DNA of 64,000 bases. Source: Oxalobacteraceae bacterium. Lineage in GTDB: Bacteria; Pseudomonadota; Gammaproteobacteria; Burkholderiales; Burkholderiaceae_D. The stretch lies in contig JAJTGE010000024.1 of assembly GCA_021298555.1 (NCBI GenBank), positions 1,552 through 65,551 of the forward strand, read 5' to 3'. Both the position numbers and the translations under genes were made by a program. The notes under the pieces are model-generated. The model made no database searches and was not told where the DNA came from. It worked only from the letters and a program-made list of their open reading frames with translations. Of the stretch, positions 19,133 through 29,063 are shown one piece after another. Every line of letters starts with the position of its first letter. Positions within the stretch are counted from its first letter, which is position 1.

Positions 19133-21294
19133 ATGACGAGCAATTCCATTACTTTAAAAAATATCGTAGCGGTAGATGTTTTATTGCATAGCGCGATAGA
19201 GCATCAGCTGCAGATGGATTTTTCAGTCGCATCAGAGCTTTACGAACAAGTACTGACGATACAGGCAGATCACCCGGAGGCACTTAAGCTTCGAGCGGCG
19301 ATTGCCGTCGAGTTGCAAGACTATGAAAAAGCACTGAACTTGTTTGATTCAGACGTTCTTAGACGATCTGACTGCCCCAGTGTTTTTAATAACCGTGGCA
19401 TCAGCCTTATGCGCACTGGAAAATTGCATGAGGCTGTTGATAATTTTAATCAAGCTATCCAACATCAAAAAAATTATGCCTCTGCTTATTCAAATCGAGG
19501 AATAGCAGAAAGAGAACTGCGCCGAATAGATGCCGCTCTTGAGAGCTACAACCGAGCGATTGATTTATCGCCAGACTTTGCCGATCCTTATTTCAATCGT
19601 GGTGTGCTGCTCGAGGAGCTAGATTATCCTGAGCTGGCTTTTCATGATTATGAAACAGCTATTCAGAAAGAACCTGGTTTTATAGATGCCCTGTTTAACG
19701 CAGGCAATCTGCTTTATAAAAAACGGCAATTCAGAGCAGCATTAAATTTTTACGATACCGTCATTGCACACAATGCACGCCATGATAAGGCGCTCTACAA
19801 CGCGGGTCTCAGGCAGCCCGAGTGAATCCTCTTTTTTCTGATGCACACTATCAATGCGGAGTATTGTTTAACCAAGAGAATCAGCCAGAAGCTGCACTTA
19901 GCGCGTTTGAAAATGCCATCGCTATTGAACCTGATTTTTCCTACTTGCCGGGGGCGATTGCTGCGTTGAAGATGCAGATATGCAGATGGAATAATATTGA
20001 TACTGAAATAAATACATTGCTTACTGATATTTCGATTCATAAAAAAATCTCTCCGCCGTTTCCGGTTCTGTGCATGACAGATTCGTTGGTACTTCAAAGA
20101 ACAGCGGCCGAGACATGGGTCAATGATAATCATCCAGAGTGCGATGATCTCGGAATACCCAACAAAGCCAATGGCCAAGGGCTAATCACTATAGGTTATT
20201 TTTCCTCTGACTTTTATCAGCATGCCACCATGCATTTAATTACGGGTTTGTTCAAACACTGCGATCGCCAACGATTCAAAATTATCGGTTTTTCCTTTGG
20301 TCCTAAGATGACCGACGCGGTCTCAACATTGTTGCCATCGTGCTTTGATCAATTCGTTGATGTCAGAGATAAATCAGATCGCGAAATCGCAGAGCTTGCC
20401 AGAGAGCTTGGTGTAGATATCGCCGTAGATTTAAAGGGCTACACTCAGCACCATCGTTTCGGAATTTTTTCGTATCGCGCAGCGCCCATACAGGTAGCTT
20501 ATCTCGGCTATCCAGGAACTTCTGCGGCGCCTTATATGGATTATCTGATTGCTGATCGTGTGGTTATACCGGAGTCAATTGCTTCTAACTATTCAGAAAA
20601 TATTGTTTATTTACCGGGTAGCTTTCAGATCAATGACATGGCAGAAAAAATGTCTGATACCAAGTTCAACCGCACGCAATGCGGTTTGCCCGAGTTTGGT
20701 TTCATTTTTTGCTGTCTTTGTAATAGCCAAAAAATCACACTCCAGACGTTTGCAATCTGGATGAACATCTTGGGCGAGGTGAAAGACAGCGTCCTGTGGC
20801 TACTTGAAACTAACCCGCAGGTAGCTGCGAATTTGCGCGCTCAATCTGCGGCGCACGGCATAGCCCCCGACAGGCTGGTGTTTGCACAACGCATGGAGTT
20901 GTCGGCACATCTATCACGACAACGACTCGCTGATTTATTTCTCGACACATGGCCTTATGGCGGGCACACAACCGTCACGGATGCACTTTGGGCTGGCGTT
21001 CCTGTGCTGACGTGTGTTGGTGAGAGTTTCGCCAGCCGGGTGGCGGCCAGCTTGCTGAACGCATTGGATCTCAATGATCTGGTGACACACACTCCAGAGG
21101 ACTATGCGCAATACGCCATAGATCTTGCGCAGGATACAGAAGCACTTGCGGCCATTAAAACTCGACTGGAGACTAACCGCTTAAGCCATCCCTTATTTGA
21201 TACCAAAAACACCGTACACCATATCGAAACAGCCTACATCAGCATGGTTGAGCGGCATAGACAGAATTTGCCACCTGCCTCCATCGATGTATAG
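19133..21294 (+). pseudogene. TPR-repeat O-GlcNAc transferase-like (GT41) gene, split by deletion and frameshift near 19810 (ORFs 19073-19825 and 19822-21294)
   Basis: TPR units (NRG...A...Y..AI...P) followed by IGYFSSDF..HAT, VDLKGYT, APIQV.YLGYPGT, DLFLDTWPY..HTT..DALWAGVPV, SFASRV.ASLL; the TPR spanning the junction lacks its second helix. Confidence 0.8.
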
Positions 21295-21648
21295 CTTCAA
21301 GCATAGACCATCCGTTGAGCTAGGTTCTTAGTCGCAATCTGTTGCTTCGTTTGGGTGCGTCGTTCTGGGCATCATCGACATCGCCCTACATACCCTTCAA
21401 TCATTCGCTACGCAGGTTAAGCTGATTACTTGTGATAATGGTAAGAGACTCGCTCGCCATCTACTTCACACAACATCAGCATCATCCCAAAAGTGTCGTT
21501 TATCAGTGGCCATCGAAAATCAACTTAAAATAATCACAAGAAAATTCAATCGCCCACCGTGCAAAAGACGGGGTTTTAAATCTAAGCATCGCACAGCTGC
21601 GCTGACTGGCCATACAATTCACGATTAATTCGTGCCCCTCAAAAAACC

Positions 21649-23256
21649 ATGAATCATCAATCATTTGACTATGTCATCGTCGGTGGCGGTGCAGCAGGTT
21701 GTGTCATGGCGCATCGGCTGTGTGAGGACGGTCGCTACAGCGTTTGCTTAATTGAAGCGGGGCCGTCTGATCTGCATCCGTTTATTCATATACCGGCAGG
21801 CTTTATTCATGTAGGCCATGATCCGCGCTACACCTGGGATTTTTCAACTGAACCATCCGAAGGCTCGGCGGGTCGACGTGTTACGACACGCATGGGTCGG
21901 ACGCTAGGTGGTTCCAGCTCAATTAATGGATTTAATTACACACGTGGCCAGCCAGAGGATTTTGATCAGTGGGCTGCAATGGGAAATCCTGGCTGGAGTT
22001 ATAAAGACATACTGCCATATTTCAAACGTAGCGAGCGCTGTTTAGGAAACGGCGATCCCAGCGCACGTGGGCGTGATGGCCTGTTACCTATTACTGATTG
22101 TGATTGGCGTCATCCACTGTGCGATGCATTTATACATGCCGCTGGTGAGTATGGCTTGCCTATGCATGTGGACTACAACCGCGGTGATCAAACCGGTGCA
22201 GGTTATTACCAGCGCTGGATACATAAAGGTTTACGCGTAAGCGCGGCTAAAGCTTTTCTGACACCAGCAAAAGCGACGGGTCGCTTGACCATCAAAACAA
22301 ATGCGCAAGTCAATCAGATACTGTTTGAAGGTAAGCGTGCAGTGGGTGTTAGCTATCAACATGAACGTGGCGGGGCTACGCATACCATACATGCGCATCG
22401 TGAAGTGATATTGGCTGCGGGTGCGGCCAATACTCCCAAGCTGTTGCAACTCTCGGGTGTTGGTCCGGTTGATCAGTTACAAAAATTTGGCATACCTGTA
22501 GTGCATGCATCAGAGCAGGTTGGAGAAAATTTTCAGGATCACTATATGATTCGCTCCATCTTGCGAGTGAAAGGTGTTACGACGATTAATCACACCGCAC
22601 GCGGGTTACGTTTAGTTGGTGAAATCGCCAAATGGTTACTGGGTAAACCGAGTGTCTTAACTATTAGCCCATCGGTTGCGTATGCCTTTACCAAGTCGCG
22701 TCCTGAACTTGCCTTGAATGATTTGCAGTTTCACTTTTCACCGGGCAGTTATGCCTCGGGTGTGGCGGGTCAGTTGGATGATTTTCCTGGAATGACGCTG
22801 GGCTTTTATCAATTGCGGCCTACCAGCGCAGGTCAAGTTAGTTTGCGTTCCAAAGATCCTTTTGATTTGCCGTTGGTTCAGCCTAATTATTTACAGAGTG
22901 CAGAAGATCAACAGGTGGCTATCGATGGTTTGCGATTGTCTCGCCACTTGCTGCATAGCGCGCCTTTGTTGCCGTATATAGAGCGCGATGAATTTCCTCC
23001 GCCTAGCGCCCAGAGCGATGCTGAATTACTCGATTGTGCGCGCCAGCGAGGTACTACCGGCTGGCATTTTGTAGGTACCTGCAGTATGGGTAAGGTCGTG
23101 GATGCGCAATTGCGTGTTCAGGGTATGGAGGCTTTGCGGATAGTTGATGCCTCAGTGATGCCGACTATGCCATCGGGGAATACCGGTGCACCTACCATGA
23201 TGGTTGCAGAAAAAGCAGCCGACCTGATACTGGGTAGATCGCCTTTAGCAGCGTAG
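21649..23256 (+). CDS. GMC oxidoreductase, paralog 2
   Basis: FDYVIVGGGAAG, GRTLGGSSSING..YTRG, catalytic H (GWHFVGT) and N (SGNT). Confidence 0.93.
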   Translation: MNHQSFDYVIVGGGAAGCVMAHRLCEDGRYSVCLIEAGPSDLHPFIHIPAGFIHVGHDPRYTWDFSTEPSEGSAGRRVTTRMGRTLGGSSSINGFNYTRGQPEDFDQWAAMGNPGWSYKDILPYFKRSERCLGNGDPSARGRDGLLPITDCDWRHPLCDAFIHAAGEYGLPMHVDYNRGDQTGAGYYQRWIHKGLRVSAAKAFLTPAKATGRLTIKTNAQVNQILFEGKRAVGVSYQHERGGATHTIHAHREVILAAGAANTPKLLQLSGVGPVDQLQKFGIPVVHASEQVGENFQDHYMIRSILRVKGVTTINHTARGLRLVGEIAKWLLGKPSVLTISPSVAYAFTKSRPELALNDLQFHFSPGSYASGVAGQLDDFPGMTLGFYQLRPTSAGQVSLRSKDPFDLPLVQPNYLQSAEDQQVAIDGLRLSRHLLHSAPLLPYIERDEFPPPSAQSDAELLDCARQRGTTGWHFVGTCSMGKVVDAQLRVQGMEALRIVDASVMPTMPSGNTGAPTMMVAEKAADLILGRSPLAA

Positions 23257-23335
23257 ATCGGTTCTCAGCGCCCGCAGGTTTTATGGCAGACTCTGTGATG
23301 ATTCACTCATCATCAGTACACTGCTTCTCCATTAC

Positions 23336-24616
23336 ATGAAATTCTCTGAACTCAGTCTCGATACATTACTTCAGGCCGAGCCTGGCGCCTTGTATGAACA
23401 GGCGCTGCGTTTGCGTCATGGGGATGGTGTGGCAACGGATTGGCACACTGCCCGTCGCATGTTTGGTTTTCTTGCGCTTGCTGCTCACTCAGCCTCTCGC
23501 TATCAATTGGGTGTCATGAATCTGCGTGGTGAAGCGGGTATTAAAAATCCGGTATGCGCTTTAATGTGGTTTAGGTTGGCGCACGGGCGTGATGAGCCAC
23601 GAGCGGCTTCACAAATTACTATGCTGAGTGAAGAATTAACGGCTATCGATACGCGTCGTGCATTGCGCATGATGGCGCAATCAGAGAAATCAGTTGAGTT
23701 GTTTATGGCAGCACGCCAAAATGAATCGACTGAATCGACTGAATCTACGCAAGCGATGGCCTTATTGGGTGCGCAGTTACTCTCAGGTGTAGGTGTGGAG
23801 CAAGATGAAGCGATTGCAGTGCAATGGTTGCAGCGTGCTGTCACACGAAATCATCCCTATGCCCAACTGACGTTGGGGATGGCTTATGCTACAGGTCGGG
23901 GTGTACGAAAAAATATATCCACGGCTGTGCACTTGCTTGAGCTCTCTTCAAAGCAAGGTCTACCAGAGGCTCACTATCAATTGGCGCAGTTACTTGAACA
24001 GCACCCTAAGTTAATACGATCGCCAAATCAGGCGAGGCATTTATATGAATCCGCAGCAGATCATGGGCATGTTCTGGCTCAACTAAGGTTAGGCCATTTG
24101 TTACGTGGAGACTGGATACCGACAACGCAAAATGTACTGGCAAACGAGGTAACAACAGTTCGACATAAGTCGGTCTCTAACCGTAATAAAGATCCCGATC
24201 TTATTAATTCTCTTGCGTATTTCAGGCTGGCTGCTGAGCAGGGATTAGCGGATGCACAATTTGAAGTTGGCCAGATGTATGCTCAAGGACTCGGTACTCT
24301 GCAAATCTTTGAAGAAGCAGTGCATTGGTACGCTTTATCAGCGCGGCAAGGACATGCCAAAGCCCAGTTTAATCTGGCATTTCTGTATGCCCATGGTCAG
24401 GGTGTGGAGCAAAACTATGTCAAGGCCTACGAGTGGTACCGTATCAGCCACTTGTGTACCTATCCGTTAGCAAAAAAAGCGATGGAATTGACTGCAAAAA
24501 AAATATCGGTCGGAGAAATTGAGATGGCGGATTGGCGCGCAGACAGTTTCGTTTATAACCTGCCAACACGTGTAAAGACGGCGCTGAAAAGCAAGGAAGC
24601 ATATTGCGTGTCATGA
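23336..24616 (+). CDS. Sel1-repeat protein (last ~14 residues probably from a deletion junction)
   Basis: Multiple A...LG..Y..G.GV.....A..W...AA.QG...AQ repeats. Confidence 0.88.
   Translation: MKFSELSLDTLLQAEPGALYEQALRLRHGDGVATDWHTARRMFGFLALAAHSASRYQLGVMNLRGEAGIKNPVCALMWFRLAHGRDEPRAASQITMLSEELTAIDTRRALRMMAQSEKSVELFMAARQNESTESTESTQAMALLGAQLLSGVGVEQDEAIAVQWLQRAVTRNHPYAQLTLGMAYATGRGVRKNISTAVHLLELSSKQGLPEAHYQLAQLLEQHPKLIRSPNQARHLYESAADHGHVLAQLRLGHLLRGDWIPTTQNVLANEVTTVRHKSVSNRNKDPDLINSLAYFRLAAEQGLADAQFEVGQMYAQGLGTLQIFEEAVHWYALSARQGHAKAQFNLAFLYAHGQGVEQNYVKAYEWYRISHLCTYPLAKKAMELTAKKISVGEIEMADWRADSFVYNLPTRVKTALKSKEAYCVS
23723..23749 (+). repeat. In-frame 9-bp tandem repeat encoding ESTESTEST
   Basis: GAATCGACT GAATCGACT GAATCTACG. 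Confidence 0.8.
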
Positions 24617-24849
24617 GCACACACGATTTCCACCGCCTTCAAAAGCTCCATGGGCAAGAGTACCTGAGTGCAAAAGCCTGGTATGAAGTCGATTGTACGG
24701 AAAAGAAAATTCGTCAAGTGAGTTTGGAAATTTTCCCCGAAAACATGGCCATGGGTGGTGCATTGCATAAAGATACAGAAGTCCAGCCATGGGCCACACC
24801 GGAGTCGGGGACACGAAATGGAATAATCTGGAAAGGCATTTGCACATAA
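24574..24849 (+). pseudogene. Surface-adhesin-E-like protein, 5'-truncated
   Basis: Frame reads KDGAEKQGSILRVMSTHDF...YLSAK..YEVDC.....R........ENMAMG..........W..P.SGT....IWK.IC; no signal peptide; in-frame stop at 24556. Confidence 0.55.
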
Positions 24850-25125
24850 ACCTGATTAAAATCAAATTAGGCCAGAGTTTGTTCTTTATTCAAGCGATCA
24901 ATCCTGTGGCGACTGTGGTCTGCTAGTTATGTATGTGTGATTCATCGATAGTCGCCCGTATGTGCGTTATTCAAACAAAAATAAACTCAATAAAATTCGT
25001 GAACTACCCTGCCGATGAAACTATCAATAGTACATACGCTCTGAACGCAGGTCCGCGAGCGTTTGGCCATGCCAATCAGCAAGCAGCCTGTGGACCCATC
25101 ACTAGTAACTGAAAAGAGGAAAATC

Positions 25126-25251
25126 ATGAGAACCTGCCTAGTCCTTATGGCGTTTGTGTCGCTAGCGGCCTGCAGCCATTTACCCGCAACTTCAACAACA
25201 CAGTCTGGCGCGGTCCAGCATCCAGATGTTTTTCACTCCTACATCGATTGA
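25126..25251 (+). CDS. Small lipoprotein (41 aa)
   Basis: GAGGA RBS; MRTCLVLMAFVSLAAC lipobox. Confidence 0.65.
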   Translation: MRTCLVLMAFVSLAACSHLPATSTTQSGAVQHPDVFHSYID

Positions 25252-25275
25252 TGTTTTAACCTAAGCGCCACGCCA

Positions 25276-25306
25276 CCAGACGACGCGCTTGCGCGTTCGT
25301 CTGGTC
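25276..25306. other. Stem-loop downstream of small lipoprotein
   Basis: ACCAGACGACGCGC-TT-GCGCGTTCGTCTGGT. Confidence 0.5.
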
Positions 25307-25403
25307 GGTCATCGAAAACTCAGTTAATAGAATTTACAGAAAGTAAAAGTTCTTCATGTAAAATCTGAACGGTCGTGCTTAAAGAAGACCGAACGGAGAC
25401 CGC

Positions 25404-26600
25404 ATGGACTTGAACTACGCGCCAGATGACCTGGCCTTTCGCGACACGATACGCTCGTGGATAGAAGCGAAGCTTCCCAAAGACCTGCAACACAAGGTCT
25501 TGAATCACAAACGCTTAAAGCGCGACGACTATGCGCGCTGGCACAAAATCGTCTATCAGCAGGGTTGGGCCGCGCCGGCCTGGCCAGTGGAGCACGGCGG
25601 CACTGGCTGGACCAAGGTTCAGCAACATATTTGGGAAGAAGAGTGCGCCCGTGCTGGCTCGCCGCCCATCATTGCTTTTGGCGTCAATATGGTGGGGCCA
25701 GTCATTATTGCTTTTGGTAATGAAGCCCAGAAGCAGCACTATTTACCTCGTATTCTTGCCTGCGACGATTGGTGGTGCCAGGGGTATTCTGAGCCGGGCT
25801 CGGGATCGGATTTGGCGTCGCTAAAAACACGTGCAGAAAACAAAGGCGATCACTACATCGTCAATGGACAAAAAACCTGGACTACGCTGGCTCAGTATGC
25901 TGACTTGATGTTTTGTTTGGTCAGAACTGATACGGGTGTGCGCAAGCAAGAAGGTATTTCGTTTCTGCTGATCGATATGAAAACGCCGGGCATCACCGTG
26001 CGTCCTATCATTACGCTGGACGAAGATCATGAAGTTAATGAAGTCTTCTTCGACAATGTGCGTGTACCTGTACAAAATTTAGTGGGTGAAGAAAATCGCG
26101 GCTGGACTTATGCCAAATATTTGCTCGGTCATGAGCGCACCAATATTGCGGCCGTTGGACGTTCTAAGCGCGAGCTCATGTTCATCAAACGCCTCGCAAC
26201 ACGCATGCAAAAAAATGGACAGCCGCTCATCCATGATTCAGTGTTTGCACACAAGGTAGCTGCTCTGGAAGTTGATTTGATGGCACTAGAGGTAACGGTG
26301 CTGCGCGTGATCTATCAAGAAGCCAAGCAACGTGCACCAGGCCCAGAAGCATCCATGCTGAAAATCAAAGGTACCGAAATACAGCAAACACTCACCGAGT
26401 TAATGGTTGAAGCAGCCGGACCTATGAGTTTGCCATTTGATCCGACTTATCTGGAAGGTGATACTGAGCACAGCATGGCGGACGATGATGATGCTGCTCC
26501 GTTGATGCCGCATTATTTCAATTATCGTAAAACCACGATCTATGGTGGTTCCAATGAAATTCAGCGCAATATCATTACCCAGATGATTTTGGGTTTATAA
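25404..26600 (+). CDS. Acyl-CoA dehydrogenase, large subunit (PimC-like)
   Basis: WCQGYSEPGSGSDLASL, NGQKTWT, NEVFFDNV.VP, TIYGGSNEIQRNII. Confidence 0.93.
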   Translation: MDLNYAPDDLAFRDTIRSWIEAKLPKDLQHKVLNHKRLKRDDYARWHKIVYQQGWAAPAWPVEHGGTGWTKVQQHIWEEECARAGSPPIIAFGVNMVGPVIIAFGNEAQKQHYLPRILACDDWWCQGYSEPGSGSDLASLKTRAENKGDHYIVNGQKTWTTLAQYADLMFCLVRTDTGVRKQEGISFLLIDMKTPGITVRPIITLDEDHEVNEVFFDNVRVPVQNLVGEENRGWTYAKYLLGHERTNIAAVGRSKRELMFIKRLATRMQKNGQPLIHDSVFAHKVAALEVDLMALEVTVLRVIYQEAKQRAPGPEASMLKIKGTEIQQTLTELMVEAAGPMSLPFDPTYLEGDTEHSMADDDDAAPLMPHYFNYRKTTIYGGSNEIQRNIITQMILGL

Positions 26601-26623
26601 AGCGACCATTCAAGGAGAGAGAG

Positions 26624-27763
26624 ATGGACTTTGATTTGTCGCCAGAGCAGCAGCAGCTATTTGATGCCATTACGCGTTGGGCTGAAAAAGATTATGGTTT
26701 TGAGACTCGTAAAAAAATCATACATTCAGACAGTGGTCATTCGGAGTTAGCGTGGCAGGCATTGGCTGAATTAGGTGTACTGGCATTGCCTATACCCGCA
26801 GAGCATGATGGTTTTGATGGCACAGCGATTGATCAAATGGTGGTCATGCAGGCGTTGGGCCGAGCATTAATCATTGAGCCAGTATTTGCGACGTTGCTGG
26901 GTGTGGAATTTTTAAAACTCGCCGGTGAACAGGGTGCGTTGCTTTCCAACGTAGGCGCTGGAGAAATCAAGCTGGCGTGTGCTTTGAGTGAGCGCCAGTC
27001 GCGCCATGAATTACACAACATCACTCTGAGCGCGACCCGCAGCGGCGAAGGCTGGGTGTTGAGCGGCGAAAAAGTCAATGTACTGCATGCAGCGCAAGCA
27101 GACTATCTGATTGTGTCAGCACGCAGCAGTGGTAATGCGCGCGATACAGCTGGCATTTCATTATTTGTTGTGCCGGTTGATAGTACCGGTATCAGCCTGC
27201 ATGAAAGTCGGACTAACGATGGCATGCGTACCGCCACAGTTCATTTCAACCATGTGCACGTTACCAAAGAGACTCTGCTAGGTAAAGAGAGCCATGGTGG
27301 CGATATGTTGGATGCAGCGGCCGACCATGGTGTGAGTTTGCTGTGTTCAGAAGCGTTGGGTGTGATGGAAGCATTGCAGGCAGCTACGCTGGAGTACATA
27401 CGCAACCGACAGCAGTTCGGTGTACCTATAGGAAAATTTCAGGTGTTACAGCATCGTATGGCCGATATGTTTATGCACCTGGAACAAGCACGTTCTATGA
27501 CGATGCTAGCCGCAGTGAAAGTCGCTTCAGCAGATGCTACTGAGCGCAGACGCGTAGTGTCTGCTGCGAAGGCCAGAGTGGGTCAGGCAATGAAGTTCAT
27601 TGGTCAGCAAGCAGTACAACTGCATGGCGGTATGGGTGTAACCAATGAAATGCTGGCGGCGCATTATTTCAAACGACTCTCAGCGATAGAGCTAACGTTG
27701 GGCGACACAGATCATCACTTGCATCGATTCATTGATCAGCCTGGTTTTGCCAGCGCAGATTGA
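26624..27763 (+). CDS. Acyl-CoA dehydrogenase, small subunit (PimD-like)
   Basis: R.QFGVPIGKFQVLQHRMADM, QLHGGMG.T.E; paired with upstream ACAD. Confidence 0.92.
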   Translation: MDFDLSPEQQQLFDAITRWAEKDYGFETRKKIIHSDSGHSELAWQALAELGVLALPIPAEHDGFDGTAIDQMVVMQALGRALIIEPVFATLLGVEFLKLAGEQGALLSNVGAGEIKLACALSERQSRHELHNITLSATRSGEGWVLSGEKVNVLHAAQADYLIVSARSSGNARDTAGISLFVVPVDSTGISLHESRTNDGMRTATVHFNHVHVTKETLLGKESHGGDMLDAAADHGVSLLCSEALGVMEALQAATLEYIRNRQQFGVPIGKFQVLQHRMADMFMHLEQARSMTMLAAVKVASADATERRRVVSAAKARVGQAMKFIGQQAVQLHGGMGVTNEMLAAHYFKRLSAIELTLGDTDHHLHRFIDQPGFASAD

Positions 27764-27779
27764 TTTAACGGGAAATTTT

Positions 27780-28235
27780 ATGCGTACATTTGCAACTGTC
27801 GCTGATTTACAGGCTGTAGCAGGGCATGAAATCGCCGTATCCGAGTGGATGACGATTTCTCAAGATCGAGTCAATCTGTTTGCTGACGCGACCGATGATC
27901 ATCAATGGATCCATGTCGATGTAGAACGCGCTAAACGTGAGTCACCCTTTGGCGGCACGATTGCACATGGCTACATGACGCTTTCACTTATTCCAACCTT
28001 GTTTGAATCGGTGGTTGAGCTGCCGCCGGGAAAAATGAGCATTAACTACGGACTCAACAAAGTGCGCTTTCCAGCGCCCATGATCGTTGGTGGTCGATTA
28101 CGTGGGCGTTTCAAGCTGATGACAGTAGAGCCCATGGAGGGCTATGTACAAAGTATTTGGCTGATGACGGTAGAGCTAGAGGGCTCAGACAAACCAGTGT
28201 GTGTTGCTGAGTCGGTTCTTAGAAAATATTTCTAA
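27780..28235 (+). CDS. MaoC family dehydratase
   Basis: FADATDDHQWIHVD, GGTIAHG, NYGLNKVRF. Confidence 0.92.
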   Translation: MRTFATVADLQAVAGHEIAVSEWMTISQDRVNLFADATDDHQWIHVDVERAKRESPFGGTIAHGYMTLSLIPTLFESVVELPPGKMSINYGLNKVRFPAPMIVGGRLRGRFKLMTVEPMEGYVQSIWLMTVELEGSDKPVCVAESVLRKYF

Positions 28236-28290
28236 AATTTTTAGTAATTATAAAAATATCAAAAGCACTAAGAATTTTCAACGCGGCATT

Positions 28291-28983
28291 TCAACGCTTT
28301 TGATACTGAGTCGCACCAAACATCATTTCTCTGGCTTTATCATCAACTAGCGGTTTGCGTAGATGCGTTAATACTTCTACGCCACGCTGAACTGCTGGAC
28401 GAGCAGCGATCTCATCATGCCAGCGTTTAGCATTCGGAAAATCATCCCAGTCTATGCCCTGATTTTTCCATGAGCGTGTCCATGGAAAGCAAGCAATATC
28501 AGCGATGGTGTATTCCTCCCCAGCGATATAAGCATGGTTAGCTAGCTGCCTGTCCATCACACCATACAGTCGCTTGGCTTCATTGGTATAACGATTAACG
28601 GCATACTCAATTTTTTCTGGCGCATAAATACGAAAATGATGTGCCTGGCCCAGCATAGGGCCTAATCCGCCCATCTGAAACATTAACCACTGCAAAACCG
28701 TAAATTTTTCTATGTCAGTTTTACCCAAAAATTTATCTACTTTACTGGCGAGATAAACCAGAATCGCACCCGACTCAAATAATGAAAACGGTTTTCCATC
28801 CGGGCCGTGTGGATCAACGATGGCTGGAATTTTATTGTTAGGAGAAATCGCTAAAAATTCTGGTTTGAATTGATCGCCTTCGCCTATGTCGACATTATGC
28901 GCACGATAAGCTAATCCACATTCTTCCAGCATGATATGAACTTTATGACCATTTGGGGTGGCCATGGAGTAGACGTCGATCAT
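28291..28983 (-). CDS. Glutathione S-transferase family disulfide oxidoreductase (YfcG-like)
   Basis: TPNG.K, SPNNKIPAIVD, FESGAIL, GPMLGQAHHF; GGAG RBS before ATG 28983. Confidence 0.92.
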   Translation of the reverse strand: MIDVYSMATPNGHKVHIMLEECGLAYRAHNVDIGEGDQFKPEFLAISPNNKIPAIVDPHGPDGKPFSLFESGAILVYLASKVDKFLGKTDIEKFTVLQWLMFQMGGLGPMLGQAHHFRIYAPEKIEYAVNRYTNEAKRLYGVMDRQLANHAYIAGEEYTIADIACFPWTRSWKNQGIDWDDFPNAKRWHDEIAARPAVQRGVEVLTHLRKPLVDDKAREMMFGATQYQKR

Positions 28984-29003
28984 GGTAGTGTTCTCCAATG
29001 AAG

Positions 29004-29027
29004 AAGCGCCGAGATATCTCGGCGCTT
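29004..29027. other. Perfect 24-bp palindrome between ACAD and GST
   Basis: AAGCGCCGAGATATCTCGGCGCTT. Confidence 0.7.
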
Positions 29028-29063
29028 AGTTACTCAGACAATAAATGCGTACTAAAAATCAAA

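Noticed and set aside
23080-23110. Short loop in GMC2 (MGKVVD) as a sixth deletion
   Set aside because: Only about 6 residues in a naturally variable loop; frame intact
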